A stretch of DNA of 64,000 nt from Candidatus Latescibacterota bacterium (GTDB lineage Bacteria > Latescibacterota > UBA2968 > SICM01): contig CBDCJO010000002.1 in assembly GCA_965217865.1 (NCBI GenBank), forward strand, positions 5,664,001-5,728,000. The letters run 5' to 3'. A program made the translations under genes and the position numbers. Below are positions 9,303 through 18,563 of the stretch, piece after piece. The notes below the pieces were generated by a model. That model was not told where the DNA came from, ran no database searches, and worked only from the letters and a program-made list of their open reading frames with translations. Position 1 is the first letter of the stretch. Each line of letters begins with the position of its first letter.

Positions 9303-10168
9303 TCTTCGAGCAACCACAGCCTTTAATGGCCCCGCGCGTTTCGCGACACGATTTTATCCAGGAAATGCCGGCGGGGTTGGATAGCTTGTTGATGGGGAAT
9401 GGTCGAGTAACCGCCTCCTTTAAAGCGCTCCCGGGTGGATTCACCATGGAGGTCGCCGGGTTGGACGAAATGAACTCCGCTGATGACCCCCCGGATGCTG
9501 AGCCGGTAGGCCGGATAACACTTCAATTGAACGGTCCGGGGTCAGATCCCTTAAGTCCCCGGGCCCCTGCCCATCTCCGCCTGTACGACGCGACCATACT
9601 CTCGGTTCTCCCGGGGGGAAATGAAATCGAATCATTCGTTGCCGCACGCCGAAATCTGATCGTCACCCACATACGTTCCAGGTATCCGACCCCCCTCCCG
9701 GCAACGCTCGAATTCGTCAAACATCCATTCCGGAGCGCACCACCCCAGTTTAGCATTGACGGACCGTTTCGTTACCTTCATCAGAACGGCCCGGACCTCT
9801 TCTCAGGAGTAATGTGCGGATTTGTCTTTGGGTCACGGTCTCAGGCGAAAATCGGTAAGGATGGGATCGTCACCTCTTTCGAGGTACCCCCCCAAGGAGA
9901 ATGCCTGATCCTGGCGGGCGTGTCCGCAACCTGCGCCGGCCCCGATCCGACACAGAGTGCCCGGACGGAAGTCGAAGGTGGCCTTCCTCACGGCTATCTC
10001 CTTCTCCAGCGTGAACACGCCGTCTGGTGGGAGAAATTCTGGTCGAGGTCCGAACCCGGAATACCGGACCGCGGTTCGGAATCGGATTATATCCGAAATC
10101 TCTATCGGATCGCGTGTGGGGTCAATCCAGACCCAAAGGTCCAAGATCATCATAACCCAACCTCCTGA
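9299..10168 (+). CDS. hypothetical protein resembling the N-terminal part of GH95/GH65-like hydrolases (possibly truncated)
   Basis: LLMGNG near the N-terminus and H..WWEKFWSRS / NLY near the end; ATG overlaps the upstream stop (ATGA). Confidence 0.5.
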   Translation: MIFEQPQPLMAPRVSRHDFIQEMPAGLDSLLMGNGRVTASFKALPGGFTMEVAGLDEMNSADDPPDAEPVGRITLQLNGPGSDPLSPRAPAHLRLYDATILSVLPGGNEIESFVAARRNLIVTHIRSRYPTPLPATLEFVKHPFRSAPPQFSIDGPFRYLHQNGPDLFSGVMCGFVFGSRSQAKIGKDGIVTSFEVPPQGECLILAGVSATCAGPDPTQSARTEVEGGLPHGYLLLQREHAVWWEKFWSRSEPGIPDRGSESDYIRNLYRIACGVNPDPKVQDHHNPTS

Positions 10169-10187
10169 CTCATCGAAAGGAATGGAA

Positions 10188-10634
10188 ATGGAGATCAAGC
10201 AGATGACCTCTCCCGAGGTGAAGGCAGAGATCGACGCCAACCCCGACGCGATCTACCTGGACGTTAGAACAGAGATGGAGTTCCAGATGGGCCATCCCGA
10301 AGGGGCGATTAACATTCCCGTGGTATTCCCCGACCCGGCCACGGGCGGGATGAAACTGAATCCCGATTTCCTGCCGGTGGTCGAGAAGATCCTTCCTCGA
10401 GAGAAGCAGATCTTCTGTGGTTGTCAAATGGGCGGACGATCTCAGAAGGCTGCAGAAATCCTGGCCCAGGAAGGGTATACAAATTTGGCGAACGTTAAGG
10501 GGGGGTTCGGAGGCGCCAGGGATATGAGCGGCAACGTCGTTGTTCCAGGCTGGCAGGCATCAGACCTTCCGGTGTCGGGAGACAGCAGCGATGAAGTCTC
10601 ATACTCAGGCTTAAAGAAGAAAGCAGGCCTCTAA
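10188..10634 (+). CDS. rhodanese-like sulfurtransferase
   Basis: YLDVRTEMEF..GHPEGAINIP, active-site CQMGGRS, GGF. Confidence 0.9.
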   Translation: MEIKQMTSPEVKAEIDANPDAIYLDVRTEMEFQMGHPEGAINIPVVFPDPATGGMKLNPDFLPVVEKILPREKQIFCGCQMGGRSQKAAEILAQEGYTNLANVKGGFGGARDMSGNVVVPGWQASDLPVSGDSSDEVSYSGLKKKAGL

Positions 10635-10709
10635 TTCATTCGTGGGTAATAAACGTTAGTCCACGTCGTTGATGACCCTCGTCTCGGTATTTTATCGGGG
10701 TGAAATCAA

Positions 10710-11048
10710 ATGGTCTATGAACATCGGAGTTACGATATTGAACCGGATATGCTGGATCAGTATGTCGCATGGGCAAACGAAAAAGCCCTGCCCCTGCTGA
10801 TCGGAAAATTCGGGTTCGATGTGGTGGGATTCTGGAAAAAAACGGGGACACCGCCGGAAATCGAGGAGGAATCACCGGCAAACATCGTTTGGATCATCCG
10901 GTGGGAAAACGAAGAAAAGAGAAACGAGGCGTGGAAACACGTGAGAGCGAGCGGGGAATGGAAAGCGATTCGGGAAAATGCCCCACCTTACTGGATAAAG
11001 ATCGACAGCAAGTTCGTGGCGCCGATTGCAGGGTCGCCGATGCAATAA
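10710..11048 (+). CDS. NIPSNAP-family protein
   Basis: VYEHRSYDI..P start, VGFW, R.EAW, terminal P..GSP.Q. Confidence 0.85.
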   Translation: MVYEHRSYDIEPDMLDQYVAWANEKALPLLIGKFGFDVVGFWKKTGTPPEIEEESPANIVWIIRWENEEKRNEAWKHVRASGEWKAIRENAPPYWIKIDSKFVAPIAGSPMQ

Positions 11049-11195
11049 TATAATCCGGACTCTCAGTCATTTGACGCGTAACCTTTTGACATCGGTCTCG
11101 GGATTATCTTTTGGACATCTTAGGTTTGACTCCGATCATCTTTTGGCCTATAGACTCTGGAGTCTTTCGGCTCAAAACTCCGACTGTCCCTTTCC

Positions 11196-12014
11196 CTATC
11201 CGCTCCGTTTCAACTTTCCCGTACGTTTCGCGTGCATCTCAGCAAGGTGAAAAATCCAGAACCCGATCGGGACCAGCACCGCACCGGTGATCACCAGAAT
11301 TCCAAGATCCCCCTGGATATCCCCAAGGGTAGCGCCGTCCAGGAATACAGCTCGGATCGATCTCAATGCGTAAGTACCGGGGGAGATCACTGAAAGGGGC
11401 TGAAGCCAACCCGGCAACACGCTCACATCGTAGTAAATCCCGGACACAAGTGCGACAAACGTCCCCAAAATCTCCGTTGCCTGGGCGCCCTTCTCAGGGG
11501 CCATCAACGGAAAAGTGGCCGCGATCAAGCCCAGCCCAAGAAAAGAGAATCCTCCCACAACCAGAACCAACCCCGCCAGGACCAGGTCCGCCCCTCCGAA
11601 ACTCAGATCGAAAAATAACGTCGCAAGCACCAGGACAATGAGCGCCCGGAGAATGCCATAAATAATCGCATAACTGCATTGCCCCACGAGGTGTGTCATT
11701 CTGTATATCGGCGCCATGAATGTGAATTCGATCGTACCCTCCCACCGCTCCCAGGCCACGGCATCAGCGGTTTCGTAAAACAGCAGCCTGAGAAAATTCC
11801 AGAACATCGCACCAACGATCAGAAACAGGATGAAGTGTTGGACCTTGGCCGGATCATCTCCACCCATAAACTTTCCAATCAGGCCGATGGTGAGGACATG
11901 TACGACGTTCCAAACGACGAACACCACTTCCATATGGGCATAGCGCTTCGCAAGGTTGAAATTTCGTTCCACGAAGGCCATAGAGGCCTTCAATTCATCC
12001 ACCAGAGATTGCAT
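11196..12014 (-). CDS. ABC-2 type exporter permease
   Basis: WERWEGTIEFTFMAP, SGIYY.VSVLPGWLQ, about 6 TM helices. Confidence 0.9.
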   Translation of the reverse strand: MQSLVDELKASMAFVERNFNLAKRYAHMEVVFVVWNVVHVLTIGLIGKFMGGDDPAKVQHFILFLIVGAMFWNFLRLLFYETADAVAWERWEGTIEFTFMAPIYRMTHLVGQCSYAIIYGILRALIVLVLATLFFDLSFGGADLVLAGLVLVVGGFSFLGLGLIAATFPLMAPEKGAQATEILGTFVALVSGIYYDVSVLPGWLQPLSVISPGTYALRSIRAVFLDGATLGDIQGDLGILVITGAVLVPIGFWIFHLAEMHAKRTGKLKRSG

Positions 12015-12180
12015 CCTCTTCCCCTTTCATATGAACATTAAGTCCAAGTTTCGTCCTCATTTCCCACCCCCTCATGTTCCAAGCTTGCCGTAAGTAGTCC
12101 CGAACGTAGTGAGGAGCGTATCGAAGGGACCCAAGTCCCCCACACCCTCTAACGCCGGAATTCACGCTTCACGGTCTTTA

Positions 12181-12672
12181 TTACTCCTCATCCAGCTCCA
12201 CCAGCTCCTTACCCGTCAATTCGATGAAGATCTCCTCCATCGATGCCTCTTCCTTACCGACCCGATCTCTGAGCTCCCTAAGCGTCCCCTGGACAACGCT
12301 CAGGTTCTCCCATACCGAAAGTTTTTTGAAGAAAGCCGCATCCACCGAAACCCGATTAATGTTACGACGAACGGCCAGGGAGTCGGCCATCACGTCCTGT
12401 CCGAAAATCCTGATTTCCCCTTCATCCGGAATGATCAGCGTGGATAGCATCCGGACAAGGGTCGATTTTCCAGAGCCATTTGGTCCCAGAACCCCATAAA
12501 TCTCACCCCTTTGTATGGAAAAACTGACCCGGTCCACCGCGGTTACCCGCCTCTTTGCCCCCCTCCTGAACAAACCCTTCAACCCCGATGGAACCCCGTC
12601 TTCATCCCGCTCCTCAAAGTGCTTGCTCACGTCTTTACAAAAAACTGCGGGAGTGTTTGTTAGGTCATCCAC
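12181..12672 (-). pseudogene. ABC ATP-binding subunit with large in-frame internal deletion
   Basis: Walker A GPNGSGKST and Q-loop region (LSVWENL) join directly to C-terminal VQGT..EL/SMEEIFIELTG; signature, Walker B and H-loop are absent. Confidence 0.8.
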
Positions 12673-12723
12673 CTCTCTTTTCTCCTAGGGTCTGTAAGTT
12701 ACCTTCACCTGTAACTGATCACA

Positions 12724-12755
12724 AACAGAAAGCCGCAAGAGACGTCCTGCGGCCT
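12724..12755 (-). terminator. terminator-like hairpin inside the ABC operon 5' leader (candidate attenuator)
   Basis: Minus strand GGCCGCAGGA-cgtc-TCTTGCGGCT-TTCTGTTT lies between the promoter at 12775-12803 and GTG 12672. Confidence 0.55.
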
Positions 12756-12774
12756 CGATAATTTCAGAACCGAA

Positions 12775-12803
12775 AACATATTCGAGATCCAAATGCAAGT
12801 CAA
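12775..12803 (-). promoter_or_regulatory. sigma70-type promoter
   Basis: Minus strand TTGACT-17 nt-TATGTT. Confidence 0.5.
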
Positions 12804-12927
12804 GCCTAAAATACCCTAATAATCACGTGAAACAGCGAATTTATCTTGACATCCATAGAATCTCGTGCGTTTTTGAGTTACTGATTCTGCTTTGACCTTG
12901 TATAAAAAGATTGGAGGAAAAGTCAAG

Positions 12928-14661
12928 ATGATCCTCTCGATAGAGACGCCAACCTCTCCCCCTTCCTGGGCCCTCTTAGAAAGGGAGCTGATTCGAGCCC
13001 AGACCCTGGCTTGTGAAGAGTTCTTCGAACGTTATTTCGACGAGCGCGGCTACCTCATCTGTGTTCCCCGCTGGGGCGGGGATGACGGACCGGACGATGC
13101 CATCGAAAATCTAACCGGCTGGTCCCTCCTCCACACCCTTGGAGGTCCGGATGCCATCCTGAACATGTACAAGAAGGCGTGGGAGGGTCACCTCCGTCAG
13201 TATACGGAAGCAAAGACCGTGGATGTGCCCTTCGCCCGGGAGGGAATGTACTACAAGGAGTTTCCTGTCCTGTTCGACTGGCTCCACAACGGCGAGGGAC
13301 TCACCGTCTTCAACCTCCAGGGCCTGTCGGATCCCTACGAGATCGAATTCGAGAAACGGGTGAGGCGTTTCGCGGGATTTTATATGAACGAAGACCCCCA
13401 GGCTCCCAATTATGACCCAAAGCACAAAATCATCCGAAGCATGTTCAACGGGAGTCGGGGGCCCCTGTTGCGAAAGGCCACTCCCCTGGACTGGGCGGGA
13501 GATCCGATCGAGGTCGAGGACAGGTTCATCCTGTTGCACGGGGAGCGAAACTATCAGGAAATGCTCGGACACTTCGAGGACTACACGGATATCGTGGGTG
13601 ACCATCCCCTGAACCTGGCGGCCACGACCCTGGCGCTGAATGGTTATGCGCTCACCGGTGAGGACAAGTATAAAAATTGGCTGCTCGAGTACGTGGATGC
13701 CTGGGTCGAGCGAACAGCCGCGAATGACGGCATTATCCCGTCGAACATCGGATTGGACGGAACGATCGGGGGTGAATGCGACGGAAAGTGGTATGGCGGA
13801 TGCTACGGTTGGGGGTTCACCGTAGTCGTGCCTCAGACAGGGGCATTGGCAGACCGTCCCTGCATCCCCCGGGGAATCGCGGGGTTCGGCAACGCCCTCC
13901 TGCTCACCGGGGACCAGGGTTACGTGGATGTCTGGGGCAATATGATCGACAAAATAAACGCCAACAAAAAGACGATCGAAGGCCAGGTCATGTATCCGCA
14001 TATGCACGGCGATGAGGGATGGTACAGTTATACGCCGCAGCCCTATAGCGAAGGCGCCCTGGATGTCTACTTCTGGTCGATGGATCCCAAGGATTTAAAA
14101 CGCCTTCCGACCACCGGATGGATCGGGTTTCTCGCCGGAGAGGAACCGGAATACCCCGAGGCTGCCTTGAAAGACGAATTCGAAAATGTGCGGAAGAGAG
14201 TTCAGGCGATGCGCGAGGACCCGACGGCACCCGACACCCGAATGTCGGACAACCCGCTGAGATTCAACCCCGCGACCGTCGGCGTGTTGATCGAGTTGAT
14301 GCTTGGGGGACTCATACCCCGCCACGGCGAACCCCTGCACTGTCGGGTTCGTTATTTCGATCCCGCGAAACGTCGAGCCGGGATTCCAGAGGACCTTGGC
14401 GCGCTCGTGGAGAACATGTCCGACCAAGAAGTGACCCTCAACCTGGTCAATATCAACCAGGTTGAAGAGCGAACCCTCGTTATTCAGAGCGGTGCCTATG
14501 CCGAACACCAGATGACCGGGGTCTCGATCGGGGACAGGGAGGTCGAGCTAGATGACTCATCCTTTACGGTCCGCCTCGCCCCCGGAGCAGGCGGCCGGAT
14601 AAAGATCAGGATGAAACGGTACGCGAACCCGCCGACTTTCGCTTTTCCCTGGGACCGGTAG
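12928..14661 (+). CDS. conserved hypothetical (alpha/alpha-barrel-like, possibly linalool dehydratase/isomerase-related) protein
   Basis: Long clean ORF, GGAGG RBS, motifs PPSWALLEREL, RWGGDDGPDDAIEN, RYFDP..RRAG.PED. Confidence 0.7.
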   Translation: MILSIETPTSPPSWALLERELIRAQTLACEEFFERYFDERGYLICVPRWGGDDGPDDAIENLTGWSLLHTLGGPDAILNMYKKAWEGHLRQYTEAKTVDVPFAREGMYYKEFPVLFDWLHNGEGLTVFNLQGLSDPYEIEFEKRVRRFAGFYMNEDPQAPNYDPKHKIIRSMFNGSRGPLLRKATPLDWAGDPIEVEDRFILLHGERNYQEMLGHFEDYTDIVGDHPLNLAATTLALNGYALTGEDKYKNWLLEYVDAWVERTAANDGIIPSNIGLDGTIGGECDGKWYGGCYGWGFTVVVPQTGALADRPCIPRGIAGFGNALLLTGDQGYVDVWGNMIDKINANKKTIEGQVMYPHMHGDEGWYSYTPQPYSEGALDVYFWSMDPKDLKRLPTTGWIGFLAGEEPEYPEAALKDEFENVRKRVQAMREDPTAPDTRMSDNPLRFNPATVGVLIELMLGGLIPRHGEPLHCRVRYFDPAKRRAGIPEDLGALVENMSDQEVTLNLVNINQVEERTLVIQSGAYAEHQMTGVSIGDREVELDDSSFTVRLAPGAGGRIKIRMKRYANPPTFAFPWDR

Positions 14662-14749
14662 GGACATATCGATACCGCTCGAGTTCGTAGTTCAACCCTT
14701 CATTCCAACACCCAACCGTTCCTTGTTCCATGGCGTCCTTGGAACGATT

Positions 14750-14780
14750 AAAAAAACCCGGCACCTTTTCGGAGCCGGGT
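14750..14780 (-). terminator. Rho-independent terminator of the Nif11 precursor gene
   Basis: Minus strand ACCCGGC-tccgaaaaggt-GCCGGGT-TTTTTTT. Confidence 0.75.
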
Positions 14781-14831
14781 CAATCATCCGTTTGAAATCC
14801 CTCTGATCTATTCAAACTGACGTTTCCCTCC

Positions 14832-15065
14832 TTATGTCTTCTCGATAAACCAGCTTCCCCCCGCCACCATCGCCAGTTCCAATCCGGAGAAATCACCTCC
14901 AACCTCGTCCAGTACCGAGTGCCAGTCCTCCGTGGTGAATTCGAATCCAAACTGTTTGGCCATCTCCACAAAATCCAGGTCCTTGCCCCCCGAACGAATC
15001 TGTTCCTGGAGGTTTTCGCTGGAATTGACGGCCTCCCTGAATTTCAGAACCGCATCCGTGCCCAT
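14832..15065 (-). CDS. Nif11-like leader-peptide RiPP precursor, predicted core SWFIEKT
   Basis: F.EAVNSSENLQEQI..FVEMAKQFGFEFTTED..FSGLELAMVAGG double-glycine motif; RBS AGGGGG. Confidence 0.8.
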   Translation of the reverse strand: MGTDAVLKFREAVNSSENLQEQIRSGGKDLDFVEMAKQFGFEFTTEDWHSVLDEVGGDFSGLELAMVAGGSWFIEKT

Positions 15066-15231
15066 TTTCGACCCCCTTTCCTGAAGGAAGGGTTGCTTCT
15101 CATCTTATAGATGGAAGCCATCTTTCAAACTTGGGGAGAGTAATTTCCGCGGTCGTCTGAAGTCAAAGTTTATGACCATCTAAAATTTCGATACTTTTGA
15201 CATTTATGGATGTGACTCAGATCACAATCCC

Positions 15232-16515
15232 TTAATTACCGGATTCCGGCCTTCCGTCGGACATAAAGGCGCCTTCCTTCTTCACCCGCTTAAAGACTTG
15301 CTCGAATTCCGCAGATCCATCCTCGTGCCACCGTTCGAATGAGATCCCTCGCACCGTCCCTTCCTCGTACCCGATAAGCCGAGACACGCCGGAATTCTCT
15401 GCGCTGATACTTCGCGGGTTGGGATCCCCAATCGTATAAAATCGGTGCCCTCCCGGCAGGTGGAGCACCCCGATGAATCTGGGCATTTCTACGTGCTTGC
15501 GACCTGCGGCCTTGGCGAGGGCCTCCTCGTCGACTTCGACGCCCAGACCGGGTCCCTCCGGGACTCTTGAAAAACCCTCAACCACCGGGATCTTCTCACG
15601 GGTGATATCCTCGTCGTACTGGTCCGTCAGCGTAATGATATGGGCGGTCGCTGTGGGCAAAACCGCAGCCTGGTGCAGGGTGAAAGCCCTCATCAGGGTG
15701 TTTCCCGACTGTTGGATGATCGTCTGGATGTTCGCGCGGCCCAGTCCGAATCCGGTAACCAAAGTATCTCCAATCCCAACTCCTCCGACCATGTAGATAT
15801 CAGCCATCCCCAGGAGGACTTCCTGTACGCCCCCCATTTGGGGGTAGTGAAAAATCAAAGGGATGCAGGTTTTCTCACGAAACCTTCGCCAACCGTCTAT
15901 ATCGCTTGCCAAAATAGGGTCTTCTATGAAACCGACGATCGGATGGTTCTCTTCTATTTCCTTGACCAGAGGAAGTACCGCACCCAGTGTGCGGTTGCGG
16001 TTGAAGTCCCAGTGGATCCGAAATCCGGGCGGGGCCACCTTTTCCGCAACCCGGGTCTGCTCTATCACATCGTAAAGTGGGCTTGAGTGCATCTTGAAGA
16101 CGGTGTAACCCTGCGCCACAGCCCGCTTAATCTCTTGGCCGAATACCTCAGGGGGACATGGGCGGGTCCAGGCCGCCACCGGCACCGCGTCTCTCACCTT
16201 CTGACCCATCAGCTTGTATGCGGGAACCTCGAGGTATTTCCCCATCACGTCGTAGAGGGCCATGCCCACGGCGAGATGGAAGTTGTTGTGGATGAAATCG
16301 AACGGATTCCGGCCGATCAGGGGTTCAATTTCCGAATCCGGCACAGGATCAGGCTTGTCCTCCCAGTCCCCGTAACCCGTCAGGCCGTTATCGGTGGAGA
16401 CTTTGACCACCAGATGTTGATCGATGTCGTACATGCGGGCACGGCCGTCCGGGGTGTCATAGCGCTTGGCCAGGGGCATCGAGACGGGGATCATCTCAAT
16501 ATCTGTGATTTTCAT
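15232..16515 (-). CDS. mandelate racemase/muconate lactonizing enzyme superfamily protein
   Basis: MKITDIE, V.VSTDNGLTGYG, MALYD..GK...VPAYKL.G, FIEDP, VPEGPGLGVEVD. Confidence 0.88.
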   Translation of the reverse strand: MKITDIEMIPVSMPLAKRYDTPDGRARMYDIDQHLVVKVSTDNGLTGYGDWEDKPDPVPDSEIEPLIGRNPFDFIHNNFHLAVGMALYDVMGKYLEVPAYKLMGQKVRDAVPVAAWTRPCPPEVFGQEIKRAVAQGYTVFKMHSSPLYDVIEQTRVAEKVAPPGFRIHWDFNRNRTLGAVLPLVKEIEENHPIVGFIEDPILASDIDGWRRFREKTCIPLIFHYPQMGGVQEVLLGMADIYMVGGVGIGDTLVTGFGLGRANIQTIIQQSGNTLMRAFTLHQAAVLPTATAHIITLTDQYDEDITREKIPVVEGFSRVPEGPGLGVEVDEEALAKAAGRKHVEMPRFIGVLHLPGGHRFYTIGDPNPRSISAENSGVSRLIGYEEGTVRGISFERWHEDGSAEFEQVFKRVKKEGAFMSDGRPESGN

Positions 16516-16602
16516 GGATCTGGTCCTTCCTGATTAACTTTCTTATATCTCCTGGCATCCAATCCTTGACTTTTGAATTTGACTTTCGACCTTCGACTAT
16601 CT

Positions 16603-17739
16603 TTACCAGTTCGTATATGAACCATCATCCCTTCTATATCCCACGCCTCCCCCCTTTCGACCCGGACCGTCTTCCAAAATAGCCTCCTCGTTTATCTCGA
16701 TCCCAAGCCCCGGTCCTTCCGGGGGAGTCAGGTACCCGTCGGAAAACGGAACCTGAACAGGAAAAACATCCGTCAATGACGACCCCGGGGGGCGCGGCAA
16801 TTCCTGAACCCCCACCAGCGGGGAAGCCAGGCAAAGATGCAGGCAGGCCGCGGTTGAAACCGGTCCGAGCGGATTGTGTGGGGCCAGTGCGATATAGTGG
16901 GTCTCACACCAACCCGCGATCTTCCGGGCTTCGGTCAATCCCCCAGCGATACAGACATCCAGCCGGCAGTAATCCATCAGGTCCTCTTCGATGACCTCCC
17001 TGAAAGCCCATTTGCCCGCAAACTGTTCCCCCACGGCTATCGGAACAGAGGTCCGCTGCCGGATCAGTTTAAGGCTCGCGGGGTTTTCGCTACGAAGCGG
17101 GTCTTCGATAAAAAATGGCCGATAGGCCTCCACCCCCCTGCAGAAATCGATGCTGGCCGGTGGGTCCAGACGGGTGTGGACGTCAACGAGGATTTCGACC
17201 TTATCTCCAAGGGCCTCTCGTACCGCCTTCACCTGTTCGATTCCGAAAGGCACGGCACGGGAGGGCTCCAGGAGTCCGCCGCCCCGGGGATCTTCCAGGC
17301 CCCAGCGGACGAACTTCCAACCCGCCTCCGCAGTCTCCCGGCAGCTTGTCACCAGTTCTTCGATATCCTCTCCTCCATTGTGCGGGTAACAGACCACCCG
17401 GTCCCGCGTTCTTCCACCCAGAAGGTCGTAGACGGGGACTCCCCACGCCTTGCCCTTCAGGTCCCAGAGAGCGATATCCACGGCGCTCAGGGCAGCTGTC
17501 TGTACCAGGCCTCCCGGGAAAAACCCGCCTCGGAACATCACCTGCCAGAGGTGTTCGATGCGGGTCGGATCCTGGCCAATAAGATCCGGTTCGAACGAAC
17601 GGATGGTCTCCGCCACGGCACCCCCGCGCATCTTCAATCCCGCCTCCCCGATACCCGTTATCCCTTCATCGGTCTCAACCTTCACAAAGATAAAGTTATA
17701 GCCCGGAGCGATAAACGGTTTCAACCCTGTGATCTTCAT
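16603..17739 (-). CDS. galactonate-dehydratase-like enolase superfamily enzyme
   Basis: VKVETDEGITGIGE, DIALWDLKGK, DVHTR, FIEDP, VGEQ, PHNPLGP, PGLGIEI. Confidence 0.9.
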   Translation of the reverse strand: MKITGLKPFIAPGYNFIFVKVETDEGITGIGEAGLKMRGGAVAETIRSFEPDLIGQDPTRIEHLWQVMFRGGFFPGGLVQTAALSAVDIALWDLKGKAWGVPVYDLLGGRTRDRVVCYPHNGGEDIEELVTSCRETAEAGWKFVRWGLEDPRGGGLLEPSRAVPFGIEQVKAVREALGDKVEILVDVHTRLDPPASIDFCRGVEAYRPFFIEDPLRSENPASLKLIRQRTSVPIAVGEQFAGKWAFREVIEEDLMDYCRLDVCIAGGLTEARKIAGWCETHYIALAPHNPLGPVSTAACLHLCLASPLVGVQELPRPPGSSLTDVFPVQVPFSDGYLTPPEGPGLGIEINEEAILEDGPGRKGGGVGYRRDDGSYTNW

Positions 17740-17812
17740 GTTCTCGACCTCCGTTCTCCGGACATCTACCCGGGAGGAGTCGATATCATTGGAACCACGA
17801 AAGGGATTATTC

Positions 17813-17841
17813 TTGACTCGACATATGCACCTTGCTACTTT
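17813..17841 (+). promoter_or_regulatory. sigma70-type promoter (extended -10)
   Basis: TTGACT-17 nt-TACTTT with TG one base upstream of the -10. Confidence 0.45.
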
Positions 17842-17980
17842 GTATTTTCAAATCGACAGACGAACATCATACGTTCTTAAGTGCGCCATGTCAAGAACTC
17901 GTCTGTGTTATCCGAATCGCGCTTGCGAGAAGCACTCTTTTTTCCGTTTTCCGTCTGCCGTTTCACGTTTCACAGGTTTT

Positions 17981-18559
17981 ATGATGTCCAGAATATTCGA
18001 TCCCGAACGCAAATCTCGACTGGATGATCCCGAACGGGCCCAATGGCAAAAACCGGACGATGTCGTGGCCGCCCTCGGCTTGGAAACAGGAGACATCGTA
18101 GGGGACATCGGCGCAGGTACAGGATACTTCGCCTTCCGCATCGGGCAACAGGTCGGTCCCTCCGGAAAGGTCTATGCCCTGGACCTCCAGGAGAAGATGC
18201 TGAGCAGCCTGAAAGAAAGAATCGCAACCGCCGGCGTAACCAACGTCATCCCGGTCTTAACAGGTCCGGTGGATACAAGTCTTCCCGATGGCTCCATGGA
18301 TCTCGTGTTCGTGGCTAACGTCGCCCACGAATTCGAAGACCTTGATGCAGGCATGCGGGAATGGTCGCGTATCCTACGGCCCGAAGGCAAACTGGTGATA
18401 GTGGACTGGAAACCGGAAGAGACGCCTAAGGGTCCGCCTCTCGATCACCGCCTCTCACCTGAGCGGATCGAACGTAGTTCCGCCTCGGCAGGTTTTTCAC
18501 ATGGGGGAAGCGTGGACGCTCTCCCCTACCACTATTTTCTGACCTTTAACAAACGGTGA
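17981..18559 (+). CDS. class I SAM-dependent methyltransferase
   Basis: LDDPERAQWQKP, DIGAGTGYF, LRPEGKLVIVDW, GPP..HR. Confidence 0.9.
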   Translation: MMSRIFDPERKSRLDDPERAQWQKPDDVVAALGLETGDIVGDIGAGTGYFAFRIGQQVGPSGKVYALDLQEKMLSSLKERIATAGVTNVIPVLTGPVDTSLPDGSMDLVFVANVAHEFEDLDAGMREWSRILRPEGKLVIVDWKPEETPKGPPLDHRLSPERIERSSASAGFSHGGSVDALPYHYFLTFNKR

Positions 18560-18563
18560 TGAT

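Noticed and set aside
13111-14007. 298-aa minus-strand ORF
   Set aside because: Antisense to the 12928-14661 gene; typical of GC-rich codon bias
14780-14971. 63-aa ORF overlapping the Nif11 precursor
   Set aside because: Alternative frame without RBS or motif; the Nif11 frame explains the region
16876-17880. 334-aa plus-strand ORF
   Set aside because: Shadow of the galactonate-dehydratase-like gene
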